From the NCBI GenBank assembly GCA_030065755.1, contig JASJDA010000002.1, forward strand, positions 27,122 to 91,121: a DNA stretch of 64,000 nt, read 5' to 3'. Below the pieces are notes generated by a model. That model was given only the letters and a program-made list of their open reading frames with translations. It ran no database searches and was not told the DNA's origin. The position numbers were made by a program, and so were the translations under genes. Position 1 is the first letter of the stretch; each line of letters starts with the position of its first letter. Below are positions 18,114 through 27,819 of the stretch, piece after piece. Source of the DNA: Prochloraceae cyanobacterium. Its GTDB lineage: Bacteria > Cyanobacteriota > Cyanobacteriia > Cyanobacteriales > JASJDA01.

Positions 18114-19766
18114 TCAGCTATGCATGTAAGATTGGAGATGATTCAAAATTTCGCAATAAATTTCACTATTGACTCGCTCGCCCCTTCGGCCGTCCTCTAA
18201 CCTAATATCATCTACATAGTAGTTCAGGCTAAATTTCAGAAAAATTTCCGTACTGCCGTGAAAATTCTGTTCCATTCGGACATGTGGATCGTGACATCTG
18301 CTTCTGGCTTGTTTAAATCTGGTTCGCAGCCAATGTACTAATTCTTTTAGGTAATCATCCAGACGGGTTTCAATACGTTCTGGATTCAATATCTGTTGCA
18401 ATAAGCGTTTTAACCGCTTTTTCAACAGCTCAATCTGATATTCCCATATTTTAGGTAGAATATATTGATCTTCATCAACTATATTTGAATCTTGCAACCC
18501 AATCCGATACCATTTTCTAATTAGGCGAATTAAAGACTTTGGAGAATTTGTTTCTTCAAGCTGAATTAGCTGATAACGCTTGCGCTTAGAAAAGAGGTGT
18601 CTTTTATCCCATTTTTCAACCGCGACAAATTCTAGCCCTACTAGATCGAGAATATTTTGATATTCGTACTTTATTGTTTCAATCTCATCTCGCTCCAATC
18701 CGCCCTTTTCTAGAAATTGCAGGGTGAGAACTAAAGCTTCAAGGTTTTCTTCAATTTCTTCAAGTTTCAAGTTAACTTCTTGTTCTGCGATCAGTCTTTT
18801 GCGTCCATTTTCCTTTTTGGCACGAAAACATTTTCCAGTCTCTTCCCAATTGAAATATTTGTCTAAATACTTTAATTTAGTCTCGAGATCTCCTATGGTA
18901 TCGGGATGTGCCAAGATAATTTCTTCCATCGTTTGATAACATAAGTTTAAATCGCAATTAGATGGAAATGTAATCGGCACTGAGTAATAAATTGGTGCAA
19001 GCGGACGGCTAACATTAACAATTTTTTGTGCTTGTAAGATGCTATTGGGTATATAAGCTACTGTATGACTTTCAAATTGGTAAATTTGGGTGACACGCAA
19101 ACCGATCTTTTGCAAAATGCCTAAATTACCATTATCTAAACGCAGTACATCACCAAACTGAAAGGGAGTGTCAATCAGGAGTACGATACCACTGAAGAAG
19201 TTGGCAAGAATATCTTTAGTAGCAAAACCAATAATAAAGCTTGCCCCCCCCAACGCAACCCAAATTCCGCTTAAATTGATGCCCAAGGAGAGTTGCAGAA
19301 TCAAAGCTAGACTAATTAGTGTAATTAATACAGGAGTCACAGTTTCTAATAAAGGAAACAAGACGTTATCCCACATAATTTCAGTATTCTCTGCCCATTT
19401 CTTGAGGTAATAGAAGACAACCTGAGTAAATAATTGCCACAACCAGTAGCTTACCGAAATAATAATTGCGGTTATGAGAATGGGATTAAGCCATGTCAAA
19501 TCTAAATCAGAGTTTAAATTAGCAATTGCGATTTTAAAGCTACTCAAAATAAACACAATTAGCACTGAATCGGCAGATACATTAAGAGTAACCAGAGCAA
19601 TATCTCTTTCAAATTTCCGAAAGATGCTGCGTAGAATATAGAATAAAAATCCATATAGCAAGATTGTTCCAATAATTGTAAAAGCTAGGCTTTTCAGCAC
19701 AAACATTACTGGCTCTATGTTTGTAAAGAAAAAAGGCATATTAAGGAGTTTTAAATCGATCGTCAA
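18114..19766 (-). CDS. mechanosensitive ion channel (MscS) family protein with long C-terminal extension
   Basis: Multiple N-terminal TM helices. MscS core ILANFFSGIVLLIDTPFQFGDVLRLDNGNLGILQKIGLRVTQI. The start codon is uncertain. Confidence 0.8.
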   Translation of the reverse strand: MTIDLKLLNMPFFFTNIEPVMFVLKSLAFTIIGTILLYGFLFYILRSIFRKFERDIALVTLNVSADSVLIVFILSSFKIAIANLNSDLDLTWLNPILITAIIISVSYWLWQLFTQVVFYYLKKWAENTEIMWDNVLFPLLETVTPVLITLISLALILQLSLGINLSGIWVALGGASFIIGFATKDILANFFSGIVLLIDTPFQFGDVLRLDNGNLGILQKIGLRVTQIYQFESHTVAYIPNSILQAQKIVNVSRPLAPIYYSVPITFPSNCDLNLCYQTMEEIILAHPDTIGDLETKLKYLDKYFNWEETGKCFRAKKENGRKRLIAEQEVNLKLEEIEENLEALVLTLQFLEKGGLERDEIETIKYEYQNILDLVGLEFVAVEKWDKRHLFSKRKRYQLIQLEETNSPKSLIRLIRKWYRIGLQDSNIVDEDQYILPKIWEYQIELLKKRLKRLLQQILNPERIETRLDDYLKELVHWLRTRFKQARSRCHDPHVRMEQNFHGSTEIFLKFSLNYYVDDIRLEDGRRGERVNSEIYCEILNHLQSYMHS

Positions 19767-19944
19767 CGAAAATTAAACTTGTTATGTTCGATTAATTTAT
19801 CATTTTTAGAAGGTTTTTGAAAAGTTTTATTTGAAAGCGTTTGCCTACGGCGCTTCCTTGACGACTAGTGACTGATTATTGGTCAATTTTCTGAGCATCA
19901 GGTCAATCATCATTGCCACATAAATAAAGAGACTGAGATCGGGG

Positions 19945-20310
19945 CTACTCAATTTCTAGCTTCAAACTAGGCAAGAATTTCTGTAAATTTTTCAAAGATT
20001 TACCCTGCCAAGGTATTTCATTTGAACCTAAAACCACCAATTGAATTCCTTTCTTTTTCCGCAACCCCAGAACAAATTTTGAAAGCATACTGATACCAGA
20101 ACTATTGAGAAATTCTAATTTTCTTAAGTTCAAAGTCATTTGCTCTGGTTTGGAGTCAGCAATCTTATTTAATAGATCGGTGATGGGTGCATATTCTTTA
20201 GGACCTCCCAGGCTTAACAACCCTATAAAATCAACCGTGCTTGACTCTGGGTCGTATTGCACTGTGTAATCTTTGTCTTTAATTTCTTCAATTGCCATCG
20301 TTGTTAGCAT
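19945..20310 (-). CDS. STAS-like anti-sigma-antagonist-type protein (RsbV/SpoIIAA-like)
   Basis: 121 aa. LRKLEFLNSSGISMLSKFV resembles the phosphorylatable Ser loop of STAS proteins. Last gene of the three-gene cluster. Confidence 0.6.
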   Translation of the reverse strand: MLTTMAIEEIKDKDYTVQYDPESSTVDFIGLLSLGGPKEYAPITDLLNKIADSKPEQMTLNLRKLEFLNSSGISMLSKFVLGLRKKKGIQLVVLGSNEIPWQGKSLKNLQKFLPSLKLEIE

Positions 20311-20357
20311 TGCTCCTTAGATTAGAAATTAGCTCGATTGATGGATGTCAATGAATA

Positions 20358-20960
20358 CTATACTGTTAACTGCGCCATTGTAGTTACAGTATGGATTTGA
20401 GGCTCTGTACTGAGTGGTTCAAATTTCCAGCCTAGTTTAGCTGAGTAATCATTAATCATGGTCAAAAAACCTAATCCAGATGCTTCAGAATCTTCTTCTA
20501 GACTTTTCTCGACTTGGGTAACGTATAATTCTTCTGGATCGGATGCTAATAGTTGTGTTAAAAAAGCTTGGAATTTGTCTATTCCTTGAGGATTAACAGT
20601 ATTAGTCACGAACAAGACGACTGTAACCGAGCCATTTTCTAGCTCTATATCTTCTATAAAGTAAATGCAGAATTTGACCTTAAACTTACTCTCTCGATCG
20701 TTAAATTTCATCGCATTTTCTAACAACTCATTAGCAATGTAAGTAATAGAGCCTTTACTTTCTTTGATTCGGCGATCGCCATCGGGATTGTCGTCGTCTA
20801 CTGGTAAAAAAGTCGAGCAATAATCAGCTATAAATTGAGCAGATAAACGATTGTTCGACCATCTTTTTCTAATAGAATGAGCCGTAGGACTAAAGATCAT
20901 TTCTAAAGAATCAAGTTCGGGAGGAAATTCTTCGATGTAATCTCCAAATACTTTTTGCAT
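20358..20960 (-). CDS. HATPase-like (RsbW/SpoIIAB-type) regulator
   Basis: 200 aa. N-box-like ANELLENAMKF and G-box-like SGLGFLTM. Lies between the PP2C-containing giant gene and the STAS gene. Confidence 0.6.
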   Translation of the reverse strand: MQKVFGDYIEEFPPELDSLEMIFSPTAHSIRKRWSNNRLSAQFIADYCSTFLPVDDDNPDGDRRIKESKGSITYIANELLENAMKFNDRESKFKVKFCIYFIEDIELENGSVTVVLFVTNTVNPQGIDKFQAFLTQLLASDPEELYVTQVEKSLEEDSEASGLGFLTMINDYSAKLGWKFEPLSTEPQIHTVTTMAQLTV

Positions 20961-20986
20961 TGTTATTTAAACCTCTTAACTTAAAT

Positions 20987-23900
20987 TTATTGCTGTTTTA
21001 GTATCACCAAAGTAATATCATCAAATACTTTTTGTTTGCCAATAAATTCTCTGAGATCGTCAATAACTGCTTGTTTAATCTCTTGGGCGCTAAACTGCCA
21101 ATTTTGACTAATAACCTCACAGAGTCTATCCATCCCGTATTGTTTTTTCTCCAAATCGAAAGCTTCGGGGATGCCATCAGTATACAGAACTACCCCATCA
21201 CCAGGATGTAACTCAACCACAGTGCGATCGATAAAATCAGCAATATCGTCATCTAGACCGATGGGTAAGCCTAAATCCATTGTGTCAATGCGTTCGATAT
21301 GACCTCCAGCACGGACTACAAGGGTTTCTTCATGTTGTCCGCTGATGCTAACTTTCCCCTCTGAGTAGTTCAGAATGGCTAAGGTTAGATTTTTATCAGA
21401 GTTCATCCGTTGCACGTTGCGATAGATCGTGCGGTTTAGGGTATCTAAGAACCTGACAGGATCGTACTCGCGAATTTCTTGCAAGGTACGCACTGCGGTT
21501 TGGGTCATCAGCATTAAGAGACCACTTTCTAAACCGTGCCCTGTTACGTCGCCAATGCCCAGAGTAATAATGCCATCCATCTGCAGCACGTCATAGTAGT
21601 CTCCGCCTATTTCATCTGCTGGTTCCATAAATCCAGCGATATCCAGACCGTCAACGCTTTCCAATTCTTCAGGTTTGGGCAAAATCATTTGTTGAATCTG
21701 TCGAGCTATGTCGAGTTCTGCCCCCAGGCGCAAGTTTTCGATCTTGAGTTTTTCATTGAGTTGGGTGATTTCGGCGTTAGCAGCAGCCAGTTGGGTGGTG
21801 CGTTCGGCGACTTTATCTTCTAGGGTTTGATAGAAGCGAGCATTTTTGATAGATATTGCTGCTTGGGTGGTGATGAGTTTGAGGACTTGAATGTGGTCTG
21901 AGGTAAAAGCTTCTGTGGTGAGGTTATTTTCGAGGTAGAGAATGCCGAGTAGTTCTCCCTGATTGAGAATAGAGGTGCAGAAGAGACTTTTAGGTTGCTT
22001 TTGAATGAGATATGGGTCTCCCGTAAAGGTCTTGTCTTGTTCGACGTTGTTGAGGAGCAGAGGCTGTTGAGTTCGTTTGACGGTGTTGATAATGGTACTG
22101 GGTAAAGTGTCGATTCGATCGAGAGAAGTGGTGAATATGTGACAGTCGCTGTTATCGCATTGGGCGACGACTTCCCAAGTACCGGAGTTGTTTAAAATTA
22201 AAACTACTGTATCGGCTCCAGCATTTTCGATGACGACGTGCATCAATTTAGAGAGCAAGGCATTGATTTCGATTTCCCCAGAGAGAGCTTGGGAGGCTTT
22301 GATAGCGCAGGCGAGATCGAAAACGGAGCTAGTGGTTGTAACTGTGCCGAGGTGTTGGGGAGAGGTTAGGGGATTGCTAAAATTGAGGGAGGATTGGGGT
22401 TGTTGGAGGATGGGGGTAAGGAGTTGAGGATATTTTTGTTCGAGTTGGTTGACCTTGGCTTTGGCTCCCCAACGGGCATAGCAATAGTAAGCTTCCTGCA
22501 TATAGGCAGCAGCTACTTTTTCTTTACCCCAAGCTAGGTAGAATTTGGCGACTAATTCGTTGGCTAAAGCTTCTTCTTGGATGTAGCCATTTTCTTTGGC
22601 TCCGGCAATGGCGCGATCGTACATTTCGATCGCTTCTAGTTTTTCTCCCAAAACTCGATTTTGCTCGGCCTCGACCAGATAAAATTTATGGAGATGATTC
22701 ATCGGGGCATGGCGGGCCCAAATTCTCATTTTTTCTCGATCGGCAGCTATTTTTGCCAAAATTTTATCTTGCTCGGATTTGGCGACACGGGGATAGATTG
22801 CCAATCGGGTCAGAGAATCGTATAAATGAAAGACTGGAACGGCAAGCGCTGCTGTTACCGTGCCTAAATACTCTGCGGCTCGATCGCTATGGGTTAGAGC
22901 TAGATCGAACTCCTCAAATAGATAGCAAAGGATAAGTTTATTTAAGTACAAATAGTGCAGTCCGTACCCGTTATTATTTGCTAAATAAATCGGTAGCAAT
23001 CGCTCTTCATCGATCGCCTCCCCAACTAAACGAGAGGGATTGTCAGACTTGCCCGTCAAATTCAAAGCTGTCTGCCGAGTCACTTCAACTAAATTGACTC
23101 CCATGTTTTGCTGAAGTCGCTCTAGATCTTGACTCCAAATCTTCATTTCCCGTTCGAGAGAGGTGAGTTCCTTGCCTGTAAACAGGGAATACTGACAGAT
23201 TTTGAATGCCGTATAGCCAGCCCATTCAAACTCTCCCGATTCTACCCCGCATTGATATCCCCACCGCAGAGGATCGAGTACTTTTCGGGCGTGGTCTTTC
23301 CAATGAAGGAGGAAGCCTTCAACCATATCCAATGTCCGAGCCTGAATCGCTTGGGCGTTAAATTTGTCAAGCAAACTCAAGGCTAATTTGCCAAATTGAT
23401 AGCCAGATTCAATGTCGCCGATCGTCCCGCACAGAATAACGCCGTAAACCCCATAAGCAAAAGCCGACCAAGGAGAATTTCCGTATTGGACGGACAATTT
23501 TACTTTTTCTAAGACCAGGAGCGGCATGAGGTCGGGAATAGATACGTAAACTGGAGCGAATAAACTCGATAAAACGCTCATTGTTGCCAATTTATGAGGA
23601 TCGGTCATTTCTGGCAAGTCGATCGCCGCTGAAGGGTTCTTCCCCGTCGAAGTTGACATGACTTCCTTCAATCCGCGCTGAAGATCTGACGGTTTCGGAC
23701 GTTCGGGAAAATTTGTTCCTAAAAGTTTTAGGGCTTGCAATCCAATTTCGATCCCTTCCTGCAACCTGTTTTGCGAAGCATAGGCTGTAATTTTAATTTC
23801 ATAAATTTTAACTTTTTCAAGAGTTGTTTCTGCCTGTTTCAAGACAACGTCTGCCCAGATTTCCATTTGCTCGAAGTTGCCGTTTAGGTACGCTACTTCT

Positions 23901-26311
23901 GTAGCTAATTTGTAGAGCGATAGGGTGAGGTCGTATTGATTCTGCCAACAATCGATGTCTAGAAGTTCTATTCCTACGGTTAAATAGGTTTTGGCAGCCC
24001 CATAAGCTGTAGCAACTTTGGCTTTCCGTCCAGCGATTAAATTTAATCGAGCGAGTTCTTCTCGGTCTGTCAGCTGAGGAATTAATTCTACTGCCATATT
24101 TAATTGATTGACAATATCAAAAATTTTCTCTTCTTGCTCTGCTTCTGGGGTATTCCTTAAAAGAAGTCTGCCAATTTTGAGGTGAGTGGACTGTTTCTGA
24201 GATTCAGGAATGAGAAAATAGGCAGCTTGTTGAACGCGATCGTGCAAAAAACGGTAACTGACTGAAACCGATCCGGTCTCTGTTTCCTTGTTTGGTTCTC
24301 CTTGGAAAAACTTATAGGTTTCAGTTTCGGGAATAACCAATCCCTCTGGCAAAGCTTGCCATAAATACCTGGCTACTTCCTCTTGGGTTTCCTCACATAC
24401 GATCGCCAAGGTCTCTAAATCAAATCGATTGCCAATGCAAGCTGCTAGTTTTAATACTTTCTGAGTCTCCTCTGGCAGTTTATGCAACCTTCCCACCATG
24501 AATTCCACCACATCTTCGGTGAGAGCCAACTGACGGACTTTCGGCAGATTCCACAGCCAATATCCTACCTCAGCATCAAATCGAATACACTTCTCCTCGT
24601 GCAATCCTTGCAAAAATTGAGTCGTAAAAAATGGATTGCCCTGTGTCTTTTGATAGACTAATTCAGATAATGGCGTAGCGACTTTTACCGAACACTGCAA
24701 GGTATCGGCAATCAAACGAGTAATATCTATATCCCCCAAAGGGGTAAGGGTAAGAGTATTGAGCTTCGATCCCTGTTTCTGAATTTCCTTCAGCGTCAGC
24801 ATTAACGGATGGGCGGGAAATACCTCATTATCCCGATAGGCTCCCAACATCAGTAAATAACCCGCTGCCGATTCGTCCATCAACAACTTCAGTAGATTTA
24901 ACGAAGCCGAATCTACCCACTGCAAGTCGTCGAGAAAAATGACGAGAGGATGCTCTTTGGTGGTGAAGATACGAACAAACTTGCCAAACAACAAATTGAA
25001 GCGATTCTGTGCTGCACTGCCAGAGAATTCTGGTACGGCTGGCTGTTTGCCAATGATGCGTTCGAGTTCTGGAATTACCTCGATTAGTATTTGACCATTT
25101 TCCCCCAGAGCTTCGAGGATTTTCGTTTTCCAGGTGGCTAGTTGGGCATCTGACTCCCCCAGCAATTGCCCCATTAAGTCTCGGAAGGCTTGCACGAAAG
25201 CTGAAAAGGGAATGTTCCGATTAAACTGGTCAAATTTACCTTGAATGAAATAGCCTCGCTGTCGGACAATGGGTTTGTGAACTTCGTTAACAACAGCAGT
25301 CTTGCCAATTCCTGAAAACCCAGCCACCAGCATTATTTCTGTTGTACCATTGGCAACCCGCCAGAAGGCATCTAGCAGGGTTTGCACTTCAGTTTCCCGT
25401 CCGTAGAGTTTTTCGGGAATCATGAAGCGATCGCACAAATCCCTCTCCCCAAGCTGGAAAGAGTTTATTTCTCCTTTGGCTTGCAACTGTTGCCAACATC
25501 GCTCTAGATCGTGCTTCAAACCCAAGGCGCTCTGATAGCGATGTTCGGCATTCTTCTCCATTAACTTGAGAACGATCGCCCGTAACACGTCCGGAACTGC
25601 TGACTGGGCAATGCTCGCAGGAAATTCTGCCGATCGGGCAATATGGCAATGCACCAACTCCATCGGATCCCTACTTGTAAAGGGTAAGGTTCCCGTCAGA
25701 AGTTCAAAAAATGTCACTCCTAGGCAATAGAAATCCGTGCGGTAGTCTATCCCTCGGTTCATGCGTCCAGTTTGCTCTGGAGATATGTAGGCAAGAGACC
25801 CTTCCAGGAGATTTGGGTTGGTGAGTTGCTGCTGCTCTTTGGGCAGCAAACTGGAGATACTAAAGTCGATCAGTTTTACCAAGCGGGTTTCGGGGTGGAT
25901 GAGGATGTTGCTTGGTTTGATGTCTTTGTGAATGATGCGCTTTTGGATGAGGTAATGCAAAACTTCGCTCAGTTGAGTGGCAATTGCCAAGAATTCGCTG
26001 AGAGAACGGGGGGACTTTTGCCAATAGTCCCAGAGGGGGATCTCACCTTCATCCTTCATTACCAGAGCATAACCATTACCATAGTTTTCTAGGGCCAGGG
26101 GTTGAACGATCGTGGGATGTTCCAGAAGACGGGCGATCGAGTATTGGTTGCGGAATTGGACTAACTCATTGACGTTGGGGTGGGGGTTGCGTAGAATTTT
26201 GACGATCGCGGGTTGCCGATCTATAGTTCGGATGGCTCGATAAACAAGGGTGTTGGTTCCAACATAGATTTGGTTAGTTTCTTGATAATTAGGAAGGTTA
26301 AGCATCTTCAA
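20987..26311 (-). CDS. multidomain Ser/Thr kinase - AAA ATPase - TPR - GAF - PP2C (SpoIIE/RsbU-type) phosphatase
   Basis: 1774 aa. HKDIKPSNIL and SPEQ (kinase), VAGFSGIGKTAVVNE (P-loop), long helical-repeat region, GAF (LGILYLEN), coiled coil, C-terminal GDVTGHGLESGLLM ... LYTDGIPEA (PP2C/SpoIIE). Confidence 0.85.
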   Translation of the reverse strand: MKMLNLPNYQETNQIYVGTNTLVYRAIRTIDRQPAIVKILRNPHPNVNELVQFRNQYSIARLLEHPTIVQPLALENYGNGYALVMKDEGEIPLWDYWQKSPRSLSEFLAIATQLSEVLHYLIQKRIIHKDIKPSNILIHPETRLVKLIDFSISSLLPKEQQQLTNPNLLEGSLAYISPEQTGRMNRGIDYRTDFYCLGVTFFELLTGTLPFTSRDPMELVHCHIARSAEFPASIAQSAVPDVLRAIVLKLMEKNAEHRYQSALGLKHDLERCWQQLQAKGEINSFQLGERDLCDRFMIPEKLYGRETEVQTLLDAFWRVANGTTEIMLVAGFSGIGKTAVVNEVHKPIVRQRGYFIQGKFDQFNRNIPFSAFVQAFRDLMGQLLGESDAQLATWKTKILEALGENGQILIEVIPELERIIGKQPAVPEFSGSAAQNRFNLLFGKFVRIFTTKEHPLVIFLDDLQWVDSASLNLLKLLMDESAAGYLLMLGAYRDNEVFPAHPLMLTLKEIQKQGSKLNTLTLTPLGDIDITRLIADTLQCSVKVATPLSELVYQKTQGNPFFTTQFLQGLHEEKCIRFDAEVGYWLWNLPKVRQLALTEDVVEFMVGRLHKLPEETQKVLKLAACIGNRFDLETLAIVCEETQEEVARYLWQALPEGLVIPETETYKFFQGEPNKETETGSVSVSYRFLHDRVQQAAYFLIPESQKQSTHLKIGRLLLRNTPEAEQEEKIFDIVNQLNMAVELIPQLTDREELARLNLIAGRKAKVATAYGAAKTYLTVGIELLDIDCWQNQYDLTLSLYKLATEVAYLNGNFEQMEIWADVVLKQAETTLEKVKIYEIKITAYASQNRLQEGIEIGLQALKLLGTNFPERPKPSDLQRGLKEVMSTSTGKNPSAAIDLPEMTDPHKLATMSVLSSLFAPVYVSIPDLMPLLVLEKVKLSVQYGNSPWSAFAYGVYGVILCGTIGDIESGYQFGKLALSLLDKFNAQAIQARTLDMVEGFLLHWKDHARKVLDPLRWGYQCGVESGEFEWAGYTAFKICQYSLFTGKELTSLEREMKIWSQDLERLQQNMGVNLVEVTRQTALNLTGKSDNPSRLVGEAIDEERLLPIYLANNNGYGLHYLYLNKLILCYLFEEFDLALTHSDRAAEYLGTVTAALAVPVFHLYDSLTRLAIYPRVAKSEQDKILAKIAADREKMRIWARHAPMNHLHKFYLVEAEQNRVLGEKLEAIEMYDRAIAGAKENGYIQEEALANELVAKFYLAWGKEKVAAAYMQEAYYCYARWGAKAKVNQLEQKYPQLLTPILQQPQSSLNFSNPLTSPQHLGTVTTTSSVFDLACAIKASQALSGEIEINALLSKLMHVVIENAGADTVVLILNNSGTWEVVAQCDNSDCHIFTTSLDRIDTLPSTIINTVKRTQQPLLLNNVEQDKTFTGDPYLIQKQPKSLFCTSILNQGELLGILYLENNLTTEAFTSDHIQVLKLITTQAAISIKNARFYQTLEDKVAERTTQLAAANAEITQLNEKLKIENLRLGAELDIARQIQQMILPKPEELESVDGLDIAGFMEPADEIGGDYYDVLQMDGIITLGIGDVTGHGLESGLLMLMTQTAVRTLQEIREYDPVRFLDTLNRTIYRNVQRMNSDKNLTLAILNYSEGKVSISGQHEETLVVRAGGHIERIDTMDLGLPIGLDDDIADFIDRTVVELHPGDGVVLYTDGIPEAFDLEKKQYGMDRLCEVISQNWQFSAQEIKQAVIDDLREFIGKQKVFDDITLVILKQQ

Positions 26312-26872
26312 TCTGGGTAAATTAGACCAGAGGTCTCGTAATCGGCAGATTGGGAGGTTACATGGAGTTAAACTCGTCCCACGTCATTTATTTCTGGGAT
26401 TTCGCCTCGATCGCTACGCGCACCACGGCGTGTTCTTGATTGTCTATTGTTTATGGATACTAACACTAAATTCAGTTAGTCTAAACCAAAGTTACCAATT
26501 TATTGGATGACAAACTAAAATAACTTGGTGGTTAGAAGGAGCAAAAAAAGAATACTATTTTGGGAAAAGCTCAAAGCTAAATATGGCTTAAAAACTCAGT
26601 AAACCAAGATTTAAAGCAGTTATTAAAAGAAGTTTGAGAGATTTTAAAGTTTAGATTTAGTCAGTGAAAAACTTATGAAAGATAATTACTTGAAGTCTGT
26701 CAAGGGAAAGATAGGTCAAGATAAAACATACGAGCCAATATCATATTTAATAAACAAAGTTTAATTAGTAAGGAATTTTTTGAGTGGGGAAAACTAAAAA
26801 AAGGTTTAAAAAAATAGGAAATATGCTGTATATTATAAAATAAATTTATCCAAGGGTTAACTAAGGGATTCG

Positions 26873-27568
26873 TTGGAAAAATTACTGGCAACAGACGACA
26901 AGAAAAGCAATATGTCAAATCAAGAACCAGAATCTCAACTGATTACTCGCCTAGAAGTGATAGAAAAACAAATACAAACATTGCAATCCCAGCTAAATCC
27001 TCGACTAGAAGCGATCGAGCAACAACTGCAAAACTTCTCTAACGGATCGGATTTGTCAGAAAGAATCACTAACTTAGAAAAAAAACTAGTTCTGGTAGGA
27101 GATATTTATCGTTACACAAAATTAGAGGAACTACTAGCAGCAGGTAATTTTAGAGAGGCTGACTGGGAAACCATAAGAATTATTCAGGAAATATCAGGAA
27201 AAGAAGATTTAGAATCTATTACTCCTCAAGATATCAAAAATTTTCCCTGTCACGAACTAAAAGTTATCGATCGGCTTTGGTTGACCTACAGCAAAGAAAG
27301 GTTTGGTTTCAGCATCCAAGCAAATATATATCAAAGCGTGGGGGGTAGCTTAGAAACAACTATAGTACAAGACAAGCAAGTCTTAATTGAGTTTGGCGAG
27401 CGAGTAGGATGGCGAGAAGGGAAAACGTGGAAGAAATGCGACAATCTAAGTTATACCCTATCTGACCCTGTAGGCTGTCATCCATCCAGGTGGTGGAATT
27501 CCCCCTTTGGTTCAAAGATGACTAATTACTTTTTCGCTCGGCTGATGAATTGCGAATTGTCTGGTTAA
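26873..27568 (+). CDS. GUN4-like domain protein with N-terminal coiled coil
   Basis: IDRLWLTYSKERFGFSIQANIYQSVGG is the GUN4-family signature. The N-terminus has duplicated RLEVIEKQIQ/RLEAIEQQLQ. An alternative ATG start lies at ~26912. Confidence 0.7.
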   Translation: MEKLLATDDKKSNMSNQEPESQLITRLEVIEKQIQTLQSQLNPRLEAIEQQLQNFSNGSDLSERITNLEKKLVLVGDIYRYTKLEELLAAGNFREADWETIRIIQEISGKEDLESITPQDIKNFPCHELKVIDRLWLTYSKERFGFSIQANIYQSVGGSLETTIVQDKQVLIEFGERVGWREGKTWKKCDNLSYTLSDPVGCHPSRWWNSPFGSKMTNYFFARLMNCELSG

Positions 27569-27718
27569 CAGTTATCAGTGAACAGTTACCAGTTATCAGT
27601 TATGTGTTATCCCTGGGATTAAAAGTCCCCTACCTCTATAGGTAGAACGTCTCTCTCGTGGTTTAAATCCATGAGGGAGACCTGATAACTGATAACTGAT
27701 AACTGGTAACTGTTTTAA
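27565..27718. mobile_element. 154-bp MITE-like element, copy 2
   Basis: 153/154 identical to 9441-9594. Its first ttaa overlaps the TAA stop codon of the GUN4-like gene. Confidence 0.75.
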
Positions 27719-27819
27719 CAAAAAAATAGCCCTTTGGCAGTATTGTTTCTGCTACGATCTTGTCCTATTTTTTTTGTTAAAAGATAGAAAAAGATTCTTT
27801 TAGAGAAGATGAGAATTCA

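Noticed and set aside
21536-26092. Several 60-106-aa ORFs inside or opposite the 1774-aa kinase/phosphatase gene
   Set aside because: They are nested in a well-supported long CDS and have no independent signals or motifs, so I treat them as frame shadows.
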